Shown here: piece after piece, positions 1 through 14,000 of the stretch
Layout: each line of letters opens with the position of its first letter
Position numbering within the stretch: the first letter of the stretch is position 1
Position numbers and translations under genes: made by a program
Notes under the pieces: generated by a model
Told to the model about the DNA's origin: nothing
Database searches by the model: none
Seen by the model: only the letters and a program-made list of their open reading frames with translations
Assembly: GCA_002633005.1 (NCBI GenBank)
Contig: NMRA01000270.1
Coordinates: forward strand, 332,345 to 396,344
DNA length: 64,000 nt
Source: Phoronis australis
Taxonomy: Eukaryota > Animalia > Phoronida
Reading direction: 5' to 3'

Positions 1-714
1 TTTTAGCTCAGTACGTCATGTCAGCATTTCACATCACTTCGTAATTATACCTGTATGAGTGTTTATGTTGGCCTTAGTTAGTTGTACCTGATTTACTCCT
101 GTTACTAAACTCAACTTTTTCAAGGTGGTTTAAGGACTTACTTGGTATAGTTTTTGTATTTTTCTCTCAGTGACCACAATTTCATAATGAAGCTCAAAAC
201 ACAGGTGCACGGCAAACAAGCAAAGTAAATTTTATTAGCTTTGTTTTCATTAAAATTGCATTCTACAACTCTGTATAGTGCAAGTGCCAAATAGTCACAT
301 CTGTTACAGTCACATCTGTAATGCACATGTTTTTTTTTAAATTGCTCATAATTATACAAAGACTTGATTTTAGTTCAAAAACCTTTTCTTCATGTTATAG
401 CCAAATAATAGTTAAATTATCTATAGGGAAACTAGTTCCATAATATGAAAGACAGAACAGAGTTTTTAGACAAACCACCATTAGCATATTAACCATGGCA
501 TTTTCGGTCACATCTGTAACACTAATTAAAAGTAAATTTTAGTACACTTATAATGTGCAGAATTAAAAACTTTTGATACCTGAAGTGCTTCCATCAAGTG
601 TGTAATGTGTACTTAAAATTTCTTACAACTGTGATGCTTCACTAATTTTATATTGGAATTTAAAGTGTCTGAATGTCACATCTGTAACAAAACCAATACC
701 GTGGAATGCACCTC
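1..714 (-). mobile_element. End of a DNA transposon with subterminal repeats (tentatively Sola2-like)
   Basis: Four GTCACATCTGT(A/T)A(C/T) repeats at 294, 309, 507 and 675. The terminus reads GAGGTGCATTCCACGG on - at 714 (GRG-type end). The left boundary is not seen and may lie outside the window. Confidence 0.4.
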
Positions 715-1456
715 GACACAAAGAATGCTCTACGATTGGATACACTGGAGGCACATTTTATAGAATATAGCCTTGGGACGATTGTTGGTAAAAAATTGCC
801 AAATTGAAATCTTATGCAACATTGACATCCAGTGCTCATCAGATTCTGTTCAGCCACTTGGGAAAAACCCCAAGTCTTCATGAAATCGCCACAAGTTTCA
901 TGAAATCAGTGCATTTGCCACCCTCAGCCGTCATCGCATATCAAACATGCGCTTAAATTACAACAAAAAGTTAACAGATGGAAGTGAGCATTGTTTGTTA
1001 GAAATCGGATAAGATCTTACCATGAAAAATGTGCCTTCAGTATATCCAGCCGTAGAGCGTTCTTCGTGGGCAGGAGAGATTGAAGTTAATGGTGAATTTT
1101 TTATGGGGAGTGATCGAAGAGGTATGCATAACTGTTTGAGAATGGAGTACGACACGACGCTTTTTTCTTTTAATTTTGGTCGATGATTTCAGCATCAGTT
1201 TTGGTGATCTCAGATTTTATTTGGCAACGGGGGATTTTTGCGTAGTCACATTTGGTGATCTGGCATCAAGCTAAGAAGTGTCAAGCACTGATAGCTTTAT
1301 AATCTTCCCCCTTCCTTGAGTAAAGAAAAAAGTTTGTGAGTGCTATATTACCATTGCACCATTACTTTGCCCAAATCTTCAATCAACTACTTTTTCCTCA
1401 AGGTTGCGAATAGTTCAGAACAAATTACTGACGTAGATTGTTTTTCACTGTTCCAG

Positions 1457-1467
1457 GCAAGGTGAGT
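1457..1467 (+). other. Candidate splice donor of an upstream (5'UTR) ARMC2 exon
   Basis: Consensus AAG|GTGAGT at 1459-1467. The first coding exon has its own acceptor at 4778-4779, so an upstream exon is expected. Not otherwise supported. Confidence 0.3.
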
Positions 1468-4400
1468 GTTGGTTGATTTTGCATGCCTCCTGTCTAGTCG
1501 GTAGATGTGCTTTTCAAATGCAGGAGAGTGATTTTCTTGCTTCTCCATCATTCAAATGACACCTTCCTTGACCCTGTCCATTACAATCATTTAAAAGAAA
1601 AGCAGTCTGATGACAACTTTTGTAACTAATGATAGAACGCTGACTGCAAGGATGTGAGTGATCTTAAGAATATGCCCACTGGTTGGTTAAGATAAAGTAG
1701 TCGCTCGGACGTATTTGTCAAAAATGTTCGTGTGTATTATAGGAAAATCTTGAGAACTGATGATTCTGATTGGTGTTGTTATAAACAAAAAAAGAAATTA
1801 GTCGAGGTGTCAAAGTTGTACTTGTGTCTGATTTAATTCACCCCCTAATTGTTAGATTTGAGTTGTTCCGAAAGTTTACAAGAGTTAAATAAATTACCTG
1901 TGGGCAGACTGTAGAAAATGCTGTGAGTGGCTTAATGTCCAGTACAGAATTATTGTACTTAGTAGCTCAGTGGGTAGATTAGAATTTTTAATATTGAGTT
2001 AAGATAGAAAAATCATTTGGGCCCAATGTCTATTCTCCAAACTCGAGCAAAAACTTGAGATTGTGAGTTCAAACTCAAAATATTGAATTCAGACCCGAAC
2101 TTATAGCTTTAATAGAGGGGGGGGGGGGGTCATTAAATACAAANTAAATACAAACTAGGGTTACTCAGTCATCCTGAAGTCGAATAATAATTGATATTAT
2201 TTCTAATTAGATGCTGTTGTTGCCAAAGGAATGAAATTTTCTGCTTGGTCTCGTGTTTTATGAAAATTAAGTTATTTTTGACATTCTATTTGTCTTGGAA
2301 CCTGTTGAGAACTGAATGCCGTTATTATAATATTTAATCGAAGGGTAGTTGATAGCTGCTGACAACATGTGTCGGAGTGTACATATCTGCATGTCCCCAA
2401 ATCTGTGTGAACATGGTACTGCCCATCATTTAGTGAATCAGTCGAATTTGAAAAGAATACATTTGGTTATTACAATCTCAAAGTACATTAGTTATTGTAT
2501 TATGAAAGTACATTTGATCATTAATATATGAAAGTACTTATTAACCATGCATATTGAATATTAAATTGATTGATGGCATTATGATGTCTAAATGGTTTGC
2601 ACTTGTGGGTAACAACAAATTTCAAGTGGTCCTACACTTTGTTAATTTTTTACACTTTGTCTGGCCTGCTGATAGTTAAAACAGCATGGGGCCAAATGAA
2701 AGGTCAGAGGTTAAGTTATTCAGCCATAGACGTGTGTTTGTTTTTAACTATAGCCTTCTCACATATGAGTGCCTTGTGTATTGTAAAAATTCCCCTATTT
2801 GGGACGTTCCCTAAAATTTGGGATACTGAAATTCAAGCTGAAATTGAATTTTCTTAATTCTTAAAATTGGGATATGGGTAAATGGCATTTGTCGTATTTC
2901 TCAAATATCGGATACTGCATTATGGATGCAAGCTTTGACCTTGAGTAAAATAATTGATTTTTCGCTTTCCCAAACTGGAAAATTTTTGTTGTAGTATTAC
3001 GGCATATCTTTTGTCCTAAAGTATGCTCGTCAGAGCTGCGAAGCGATCACCACAGGCTTTGTAATTGCCGCACTGCTGTCAATGTCAGGAAAGAAAAGAG
3101 GCAATTAAATTCAAAATTTTACTATCCAACTTTTCAGACAGTTTTTGTTTTTATATTTCAACTCTTGATACAATTAGTGCTTTGCATAAAACTTCACAAG
3201 CTGGGGAAATTCAGTGTGTGTAAATGTTCAGCTATTTCTTATCTGATTGTTATCAAGCAGGCTCTATGAGTTATTACACATTAATTAAGCATGGCTTGCT
3301 CATGAATATTGTGGGATAATAGTTTTACTACTTCCACTCAAGGACTGGCAGCACCTTGTATTGTGTACTCACACTCAGGTAGGTTATTACTAGGACTGGC
3401 TGTTCAAAAGAATGGGCAATTTTATGAACTGGTAGTTTACTGTGTAGTCTCGTTGGTGTAATTTTTAAACTCAGTGAAGTTTTTCAGTGGTATTTGCTCA
3501 AAATTGTTGACTGATTGTCATATCAATATTGTTGTGAGGGCACAAAAGAGGCTTTTGATTGTCGACTATTTTCTAATTATGACATACAAGGCTGGCCCAA
3601 GTTGACTGTCACTAGCACAATTTCTTTCTTTTGCGGACCTTTTGATACATTGAACATTTTTGTATGTATCGTTTGAATGTCCCATCCCACCACATAACAG
3701 TGGCGATTTGGCAGCATGATGGTTGCAAATTTAACTAGCAGGGGAGATAGAGTCTTAACTAGAGGATTAACATAAATAACTAAAAAAATGTTGCAAAATA
3801 TCCTAGTGGATTTAATCCAATCAATGCAGGATGCTATTGGCATCAGGCAGAGGTTATTCCATCATGTCACCGCTGTATCCGAATATTGCTATCATGACAA
3901 CATAAGTCTGGTCAACCTGTGAACGACTCACATTTTTCAGTTCAGTTCCGACATCAGTCAGTATCTTACAGTTTTCATTGAAATTACTTGCTTCACTTAA
4001 CTGATAAATTAACAAAAAACACCGAACACTAGTCTCCCCTTGGGGACTTAGTGGAACATTGCGAATGACAGCGTTCTGTCGTTAACACCGCACTCAAGTT
4101 TAATACCACTGAAAACACTTCTGTTGTAAATAGATGACCATTTCAAGAAATTATAAGCATTTCATTTCCTTGACATTCTGATGAATATCCTCATCTTGTC
4201 CATTCTTTCCTTGCTCACCTATTGTACTTTCTTCTTCAATGATTTTCTTTGTGTGCGTTGTCGACAAATATCTAAAAGCTCCACTTACCATTTGCATGAC
4301 TCGTTCAAACTTGGACCCACATTTCTACTGTTACAGTATTGAATATAAACATACTGTGACGGCGGTAAAAATGCTCCAGTTTGGGACGGGTTTCTAATTT

Positions 4401-4796
4401 TGGGTCATCGAAATTTGGATTTCGTTGATTCTGACGCTTGGGACACGGGTAATTTTGGCATTCTTCACATTCTAAAATATTTGACGCTATGCTGTATATA
4501 TCTTTACACAGTGAGAAATTAGATTATGCATGAAATCATCAAGAGTAGCCGCCAACGCAATGTTTTCATGCTTCCCCATAGTGTGCAACATTAAGGTGAA
4601 TGATAGGTTGTCGTTGATCGTAATTCTTGAATTTTGGACAGCCAGTCTTGTCTATTTCTAGAATAAGGCACGTGCTCTGATTCTGAGCACTGTCCCAACC
4701 TGGAGAATTTTTACCTAACCGGTCAAATAGGCATTCTTGATTTCTCTAAGGAATCATTACGTGATTGGTTCATTTTCAGCACTTGAGAAAGCTGTG

Positions 4797-5008
4797 ATGG
4801 AGCCCTCTCCACCCAGGAAACCGAAGGATCTGCGGTTCTACGAGGCTCCTGATCATGTACAGACCAGCTCCAAGATCATTAACCAGGCTCGCCAGTCCCT
4901 GCGCTCGCTACCCACCAGTCGGCCATTCACCCCACGAGAAGACCAGCGCAGGCTATTTGGGAAGACCAGCAGTAGAAATCCAGAGAACCGTCCACCCAGC
5001 GCCATCAG
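4797..5008 (+). CDS. ARMC2: ARMC2 coding exon 1
   Basis: Acceptor ttttcag ends at 4779; ATG at 4797; MEPSPPRKPKDLRFYE...RPPSAI; donor GTAAAG at 5009 (phase 2). Confidence 0.9.
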
Positions 5009-8000
5009 GTAAAGTGTTATTGTGTAGGTTATTCTCTTAATACAAACATTATCTTGGTACAATAGGATCCTCACTCAACCGTGGTGAAAGTTGCTTTTGC
5101 CTTCTGAAAGGAGAGATATTTTCTGCATTGGGAAATCCCCAGCATGGTCTACATTAATTTGAGGGTCTGTGTGAGCTAAAAGTGATTCTAAAGTTGAAGG
5201 AATTCTTTTATCATTGGAAGGGAACTTGTGGGCCTAATGAGGGAAATTTTGTGTGGTTTTAAGTATTTTTTCTGTGGGGAATGGAGCTTAAAATCAAGGC
5301 ATCATGTGCCTTTTGCAATGTCTTGGTATCGACTTCCCAATATATGCAATAAAACTTGATCAAGATGGAGCCAAGGAAAACCGATATCTGAAAGGCATGT
5401 ACATGAACAACAGTGCCACAGTTCAAATGTCCATACTTTTTTGGTGGCCAAATGCTCGAGTTTTAGCCACACAGATGTGCTGTACATCCCCAAAGGGGCG
5501 ATTTCGCTTGCAGATAGTAGGTTTCTTATCATTGGAATTGGTTTTAGAGTAAATATTTATGTCACTGCACACCAGTAAATTGATTAACACTACAATAAAC
5601 ACAATCCTCCACATCTGCATGTGCCTCCTGTGATGTAAGTGGTCTGACTACAAAAGTAGGGACCAAAATGTAGCAGTTTTGGGACAACTCTAAATGTCAG
5701 CAAAATGCCAACAAAGGTGACACTGGTGTTTTTGCTGCTGGCGATTTTAAGGTAACGTTTTTGTCAGTTTGTGGACAAGATATTTGTAAGTTTAGCAAAG
5801 GTCTGACTCATGTACATCTGGCTTGTGTGAATTTTACTGACTAACGTTATTGCTATTCTTTACATTGTATTTACCAAGGCTCATTTTCATGAAAGTTTCT
5901 GTTTGCGTGACAGCAATGGCATCTTTTCAGCAGATGTCGCAGCACATGTGTTGAGCAATGCTGTTGATGCCATTTCAGGAATGAAACTTCTAAAGAAAAG
6001 TTTCATGAAGCTGACCATTGGCAATCTACTTTTTAATCCAAGTGGGGTTTTTGCAGATTTTTTATCAACATCATTGTATTGCATATGTTAGACATCAAAA
6101 TATCGAAGATGGATGGTGTTTTACATAGCTACTTAATATATGCTTTCAGGGGAACAAAAATCAAGTTGGTTCAGGACAATAAAATTAAACTGGTTTTTGA
6201 TTTTGTTCACTTGTTCATTTTTTGTTTTTAAGTGCCTGTGAAATCTTTTTGCCTTGTACTAGTTACTACATTATCACTTTCCTTTAACCTTACTTAAAGA
6301 TACGCGTAACCCCAGAAAATCTCTAAATTTGGCTAAATCAGAACATATGTGAGAAATGACTGATTGTAGGCAAATGAAACTTTCTGGTGCTTGACCAATG
6401 CTTTATAGGCTGTTCTGCATAATCCTTTTAGGATTTTTTAACGTTTCACTTATGCAGAAGGATTTTTAATTCTTATGTCACAAGTAGACTCAAAAGTTGT
6501 ACGAAATGATAGCGAAACGATAATTTTTGGGAACAAGGGAAACAAATTTCATATGACATAATGGAGATAGAAGTAACTGTAGAATTGAATGTTTTAGACC
6601 GACTGGGTCTGCCATCATTCTCAGAATAGTGATTGATGGTTGGATTGCTGGTCAGGTGATGAGATTTTGTATCTTTAAAAGTTCAGGACACTGTAACGTT
6701 ACAGCATTTTTGAGATATTATCTCGAACATTTATATCAAAACAAATTTAGTCGTGTTTTGATAGTGTTGTTTTGCTATGAGTGTACTTTACTTTTCTGCT
6801 GAATTTTACTAAAAAGACGTGGTCACATGACTCAGTTAATGACAGATTGGTATAAAGTGTAAAATTAAATTCTATAGTGTTTTGATTTCCAGAAAACATC
6901 ATTTACAGAATTGAATTTTGTAGTTTCTCAGATTTTTGGTTAAACACACAGAATTACTAATAAGGTTACATATGTCCTTAAATTATGCTGAATATTAAGC
7001 GTTAAGTTCAATTTGTCAGGAGCTTGACATTAACAGATGAGCAAGCTGCCTTGTAAGTTCATATGCACCTGAGTGAATCAAACACATTTCTAGTGACACT
7101 TTACTCTAGTTGTGGATATTGACTGCTTTTATCTTTCTCCTAGAAAGAATAAATCTACATGACTTGACAATGGCTAAGTGACCTAGGTACACGTCACAGT
7201 TGAACTTTGACTTCCATTTTCATTGCACTCATTGGCTTTATAAACTGGGATTTTCATCCCCATTAATTGCAAGGTGATTTTCCTTGTGCAGAGCTAAGAT
7301 CTAAGGTGAGATTATACAACAAGATATCTATTTTGTCCCAGTTTTCTGCTTAGTTCAGAAACCTGCAAATGGCTAATTTTATGTTTCTTACTCCAGTATT
7401 GGCTCCAGACACTTTGAAGACTGCAACTCCAGACCTGTGTCAGGCACCAGGCTGTCTCCCATTGACAAAGTAAGTAATACCCTCTCACTGTGTGCTCTAT
7501 TTTTGCATTCTTTTATCTCAGCCAAGCACTTTGTATGGATGTATAGTCCCTTACAGTAAATGATTTTGCCTAGCCCAAAACAACACTGTGATCTATGAAC
7601 CCCTTCTTGTTTTCTGTAACCAATATGGAGAATGGCAAAGTAATAAAGATCTAACTATTGACCATGACAAGCCAATGAAAAGTATTAGAAAATTGTTTTT
7701 GGAAAAAGTTAAAAGAAGTCAATTTTGTTCATTTCCTGTCGGATTTGTTACTGGCGTTCATATCATTGCTAATTGTCACTTTGTTCGTGAATCCTGTAGG
7801 GTGCCAGGACCTCGACAGATGGACCGTCCATTGTACCCAAGCCACCACCTGATCCTAACCGACCAATCACAAGGAAAGGTTCTCGGTCACGTATCCAACA
7901 CCAGAGCAGTGTTGATGGGGGTGCCAAGAAGGAGGAGGGTATGAGGCGTGTGTCCAGTTATTCCGGCTCACTGAATGAAGAGACTGAGGCACAGGGTAAG

Positions 8001-11000
8001 ATGGAGTCCTATATACAGTAAATGTTAATGGAATCAGAGAGCTCTGTCTCCCGACTGTTGGATTATTTGGCTTTTGAAATGAGACTAGTAGACCTTCTGA
8101 ACAACATAATTTAAAACCAAGCTGGCCTTAGTTGAGTGGGCCATCAAGCCAATGGACCCTCAAACTTATGATCTTCTGTGGATCTTGACATTTTTCTTCA
8201 GAATGTAGCACTGGTAGTATAGGAATTTAAAATGAGGGGTATGATCAGTTTTGTTACCAAATGTCACTGTTTCTAATATTGTGTTTTTGTGTTGCTAGGT
8301 GATGCTGTAGTATCCCTAAGTGACAGCAACTCAAGGCGGGTACACAGTGGACCAAAGGAGCGGACGCAGACACTGAATGAGGTGTCCGATTTAAGTCTTC
8401 AAGAAATGTCACCGCGCAGTGCCAGTCTCCACGATATCAGCATAAGGAAGTATGTGGACCACACGCTCTCCATGTATTTTTTGAAATTTTTGATTTCTGT
8501 TAACTTCCGTCATTTGTAATTGGAAGAAAAAGTGGAAAATATTCTTATAACATTTACTTTCTTTTAACAATGTTTGCTACCCATCGACAAGATTTAACTG
8601 TTAAGTAATTTTTCATGTTCCAGGGAGATAAGGCGTAAACTAGACAGTGGTTATGACAGTCGAGGTGGAAGTGGTGAGTTGTTTTACATCATACATGTAT
8701 TGGGTAACTTTGGGCTTATAGTGCTTTGAGTGGAAGTCATAGTTATGTAATCTTATCTAACAAGAACTACGGGGAGATGTCTTTGGTAATGGATGCGATT
8801 CAATAGACAGTGAAATGATTAGTTTTATTTCTTTCAACAGGGAGCGCTGGTAAACGGGATTCGTCAGAAACTGAAGAAGAGGCTTCATTTTACAATAAGT
8901 ACATTGGACCAATAGTAGAGGATATGGCTGCTCAAGCAAAAGGTACGGTAACTAACCAGTTCGGAAACGATTTTGGCATGGTGAGAATGGGAATTACCTT
9001 CAAAATTCACATTTGACTATGTTTAAGTGTTCTCTCATCCAAACCTGGTTAACAGGAATCAGTAAGAGGACCCCATACATAGCCCTAATGTTTGTTACAT
9101 TGAATTGAGGTTTCAACAATTATTGGGTATTGTATCTTTGCAGTTTGATTGATATGTTGGTGTTTGCATATTAGCAAAAGCCAATTTAAGACTTTAATTT
9201 GAGTTTCATAAGATACATATTTACACGAGAATAGCTCTGACTACCACTGTGCTCTCTAGTGGCAATTTCAGTTTTGACCTTTGCCTCTATATCTTCAGAG
9301 TTCCTTGATGTTTTTTTTCATGAAATTTGGTAAACAAGTTTCTTTTATGAAGTTGGCGGCATCTTTCCAATTTGAGATGGATTCGACGTATTCTGCGCGA
9401 TCTAATGGCCATTTTCATAGCACTAAAAGGACGCCACCTGAAGCACACTATTTGCATTGTAGTCATGGGCGCATTTCAGCAATCCGCATTGCTCTTGTAT
9501 GTTTTGCAGGCATAATTCTTTGAATCTGACATTTAGACCATCGCTGTGATTTTGTTTGTAGAAAAGGACACAGCGCGACTCCTGGAGCTGAGTCGTAAGT
9601 TGTATCTGATCCTTGAGAAGGAGAAATTACTTGGGAAAGCGTGCAAGAGGAGGTCGGCTATATTGAAAACGGTGTTCAAGTTATTGGATGTGGATGAGCC
9701 AAGGCTGATACTGAGGCTTGCCAAGCTGATACTGTCTGTAAGTTGTGTAGAATGGTGTGNTCAATAGTTAGATTTTTTAAGAAGTAGCTATATTTATAGC
9801 TAGATATTTTTAATGAATAGCTAGATATTTTTAATGAATAGCTAGATATTTATAATGAGTAGCTAAATATTTATAATGAGTAACTAGATCAGTGATGTTA
9901 CTGCTACCTACTGCATATATGAAATAATTATATGTCCTGGGGGGTAGTGCAAATGGCCTCTTGGTTAGAATTGCTGTATAGTATTAATGCAATTGGAAAG
10001 ATGTCTGTTCTGTCCAGCAGAACTTCTTGAAAAAATGCCGGTGAATAACATTACTGAGTTTGAGCCCTACACAGTATACCCTACACAGTATACCCTACAC
10101 AGTATACCCTACACAGTATACCCTACACAGTATACCCTACACAGTATACCCTACACAGTATACCCTACACAGTATACCTTACACAGTATACCCTACACGG
10201 TATACCCTGACTGGCAGTACTTATATGTTGTCACTTGGAGAACTATTTACCATTATGATCTATTGTGTGTTGGTGGTGACGTTGTCAGTGGTGTATTACC
10301 ATGGTTACAATTGCTTTGAGCGTTTCTCGAACGGCTTTTGTTATTCTAGATGTATTAAACTATCTGGATAGTCCTTGTAATGCTACACAAGAATAATTGA
10401 TTTAAGCTAAAACGTAGTCAAATGATACTCAAAATAGCCTTTACGCACCATATTGCATCAACATGAGAAAACAACAACCAAAGATCTGTCGATAGTCGGA
10501 AGTTTTTTGAACTTGTACCTTCAGTAGAAGTGTGCATCTGCTGATGGTATCAGAGTATATTGAATAGAACACCAAGGTGTGCGGTTGTTGTTCATAACTA
10601 TTTGAAGTTACTGGGGATTTTCACGTTCTTGTAGACGAACGTCGGGTAATAAGTGTAACTTTCATTACATTTCGTAATTTATGACTTCAGTGTGGTCAGA
10701 GGGATGTTTTTACCATATTGTAGGAACTGATTTTAATCGTGTTACCATTTGAACTATGCTTTAAAATTGATATCAAACATTAGTTCCAATAAACCAAATT
10801 ACATTCATCAGTCATTTCGATGGAGTCCCTGTCACACTATCTCTGCTATGGTGATTGTAGAGGTGTTAGTCCGCTCACTCAAGTCAATGGATCCGTCTAG
10901 CACTAGTGATGCACTGGTCTACTGTCTGGGTACACTCAAGTTCTTGTCAGGAAACACAGACCTTCTTAAACTGCTGACTCATCATGGCTGTGTGGAAATA

Positions 11001-14000
11001 CTGGCTCACACACTGCAGGCAGTCACCTCAGTGGTAAGTGATGTCGTGATCACTGTGAAATACTGAGTGATGCCTGCAAATATTATGTACCCAGTTTTGC
11101 CTTATTACCGTTATGTTACCGTCTTAAAGCCTCCATTGGTTGACCTTGTTGCAGTTGGACATTTGTGGGAATTTCTGTCTATCTTGCCACCTGTTGGTCG
11201 AAACCTTATGTAAGCATTGTCTGGTTTCATTTTGCTTGGAATGCTGATTTCCCACAATTCACTGCAGATATTCCACTAACTTCAACCATAAAAGGATCAA
11301 TAGCAATGCACATTACAACTGCGGAGTCAGTTTACCCAAAACACTGTGATAGAACATAATAGTGTTAAAACAGCTGATCCGTGCCACTTAGCAGGACAGA
11401 TGTATATAGTATTGTGATGGATGGTAGAAAAATTGACCTCCCTCCTTTGTGTGTCATTAAGTAACATTAAGTATTCACAATTTGTCAGTGGCCGTTTAAC
11501 ATATTGTTTGACTGTGATTAGTGGTGTCACAGTTAAGCATCTTGATTGTTATATTCGGTTATTGTGGTTGACTTGAAAAGTAAGGTCATAGACATTTTAC
11601 TAATACTGTATGATTTCTAAAAAGATAATAATGGATACTGTCATCATGTAGTACAAATTATTTCTTAATGCTGTATTCAGACTTGTTTAGATGGCTAAAA
11701 GCGAAAATCGAAATAGACCCTTTACTGTCATAAATGCGGTCTCATAATGTTCCTTACTACGAACAGATTCCATTCCCGAAATTGACTTTAGTCACAGGCA
11801 ATGTTGGCATGCACCATTTGCAAATTCACAATTTTAGTGTTTGCTCACCCTCGTAAGCTCTGAAGTGTTGACCAACCCCAATAAACTCTTAATTGTTTTC
11901 TTTAATTGCTGATGGATTTGATGTTCTTTTTTGGTTTCCGAATTAGAATCATATCATGACAAAGAGTATTTTGAGACCAATTTTATGACAATAAAACGCC
12001 CAATTTGAACAAAATGCAGGAGTAAATGTTAGCTTTTCATTATGTTCAGATGTTGATTCATGCATGCTATATTGTGAAATTAGAAATATCTATCTTAATA
12101 AACTGGAACACTGTGGAAAGAGCAAATTATTTTTAATCTCTCATTTTAATATTTCAGAAAACTGAAGATATGAAAAGTAAAGAACAGATAGGCCATGTCC
12201 TTGTCCAGGTAACTCATTGGTCAACAACTGGTAGTGATTGAGTGACACAGCCAATCAGACACTTGTTTACAATAACTTAGAATTCCTTCAGGGACACCTG
12301 TGGTGCTGCTATAATTAAAAATTTTAGAATTAGAAAACTAAACAACAAATGTTTTTGTGAACAATGGCATTGAGTTTGTGAATCAGTTGTGTTCTATTTA
12401 TTCTACTGTAAGAAGGAATATTATCTACATGGTGATATTCCAAGTCTGAAAGTGAATTTTTGTTAGGAACGTATGTCTTTGTGAGAGTTCGAGCACAGAG
12501 ACTCGGGTATTTCTTTTTTGAAATCCTAAGTTCAGTGTTTGCTTGAACGTTAAGGGAGGATGGTTAACTTAATGCAGCTGATTGTGTTTACCATTAAACC
12601 CTGACATTGCTCAATGTTGACCCACAGTTGACAGCATCGCTACGGAATCTTGCCGACAGTAGTTCCAGCCGCGATAAATTTCTGCAGACTAACCTGATAC
12701 AGGAACTATGCGTTCTGATGGAGCTGTTCTCTGCAGATGCTGATCTTATGCTCAATGTGTCAAGGATATTCAGGTGAGACAGTCGGCTTAAATAGCTTGA
12801 ATTTAGCACATAGAATTATATAGTTTGATGGTGGATTGTGCCATGCAATTTTGTATTTCATACATTGCATATCGAGTGTGGCTTAACTATGAGAAGAATG
12901 TGAAGAATGTGAAGAATGTTGTGGTGACATCAACAATTCTTGAGTAATGGTCTAGTGACCACCAAACCTTACTTCAGACTTGACTGGAAAATTGACGAAT
13001 TGCCCACCAGACTTTGAATGAATGAATTTCCCAGTTGCATATGATGTGTGTTCAATTTGTGATTCAGGTTTCCCATAAATTTTAATTGTCACTGCCCCTG
13101 GGGTTGGTCACTGCCCCTGGGGTTGATTACATGAATGCTGTATAGTTGGTATAACATCACTAGGTCACATGTTGCATTTAAGTATCGTTGAGTCCATGTT
13201 ATTAGTCAAATTTAAGACTAGCCATAGGTGTCATGAAACGACCCCAGAAGAAAACTTCACAGTTACTAAGCTTTGTCTCGTAGAGGTTGTTGATAAAAAA
13301 TTGTTTCGGTTATTTTATATCCAACATGTTTGAATGGAGCTGGGACTGCTCCTTTGCATGCGCTACTGTGTCACCCTCTATTGGTTACCTTCTGTCTGTT
13401 GCAGCAAACTGACCTTGCACCACGACTGTTGTACTGTGCTGTCCAGTCAGTCATCATGTTTTGAATCATTTCTTGAATTGCTCAACAAACACAAAAAGAA
13501 AGAGGCAAGTATGCTCTCTATGGTCTCCTGGAGGGTTGCAAGTGGTGTCCAGCCACCCAGCTAAATGACTAGTATGTTTGCTGTCCTCCAGGTGTCGCCC
13601 ATGGGACAAAGTACTCATCTACTCTATACACTGATGTACTTAATGCACCTGTCCATGTCAACCAATTGTTGTTAATAATGTATTCAATATCACAAACGTT
13701 TTTAAGTATGGTCTGCACACCACCTATTTGCCATATCACGTGACCTAATGAACATAGGTCTGATGAGATTTCTGCCGTGACCAAGACTCGAACCTAGGAC
13801 CTTCTGCTAACCGTGCAGACATTTTAGTCCACCGAGCCATCGGGACCTCTGGTGGTCCTCAAAATCCAATCAAACTTAGATTTGGGCATCCCGCCCATCA
13901 ACTTATGAATGTAAACAAATATTTAAATCTTGAACCGGTGTGGAAATATAGATCACAAGCATTTTCAAGTTTGAGCTGCACGCCACCTGTTGGCCACATC

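Noticed and set aside
9987-10371. Repetitive PYTVYPTQYTLHSI ORFs, and QNFLKKCR after the acceptor-like tccag at ~10017, as the missing ARMC2 exon
   Set aside because: The ORFs come from the 14-bp minisatellite. The QNFLKKCR frame stops after 8 codons and does not match the expected peptide.
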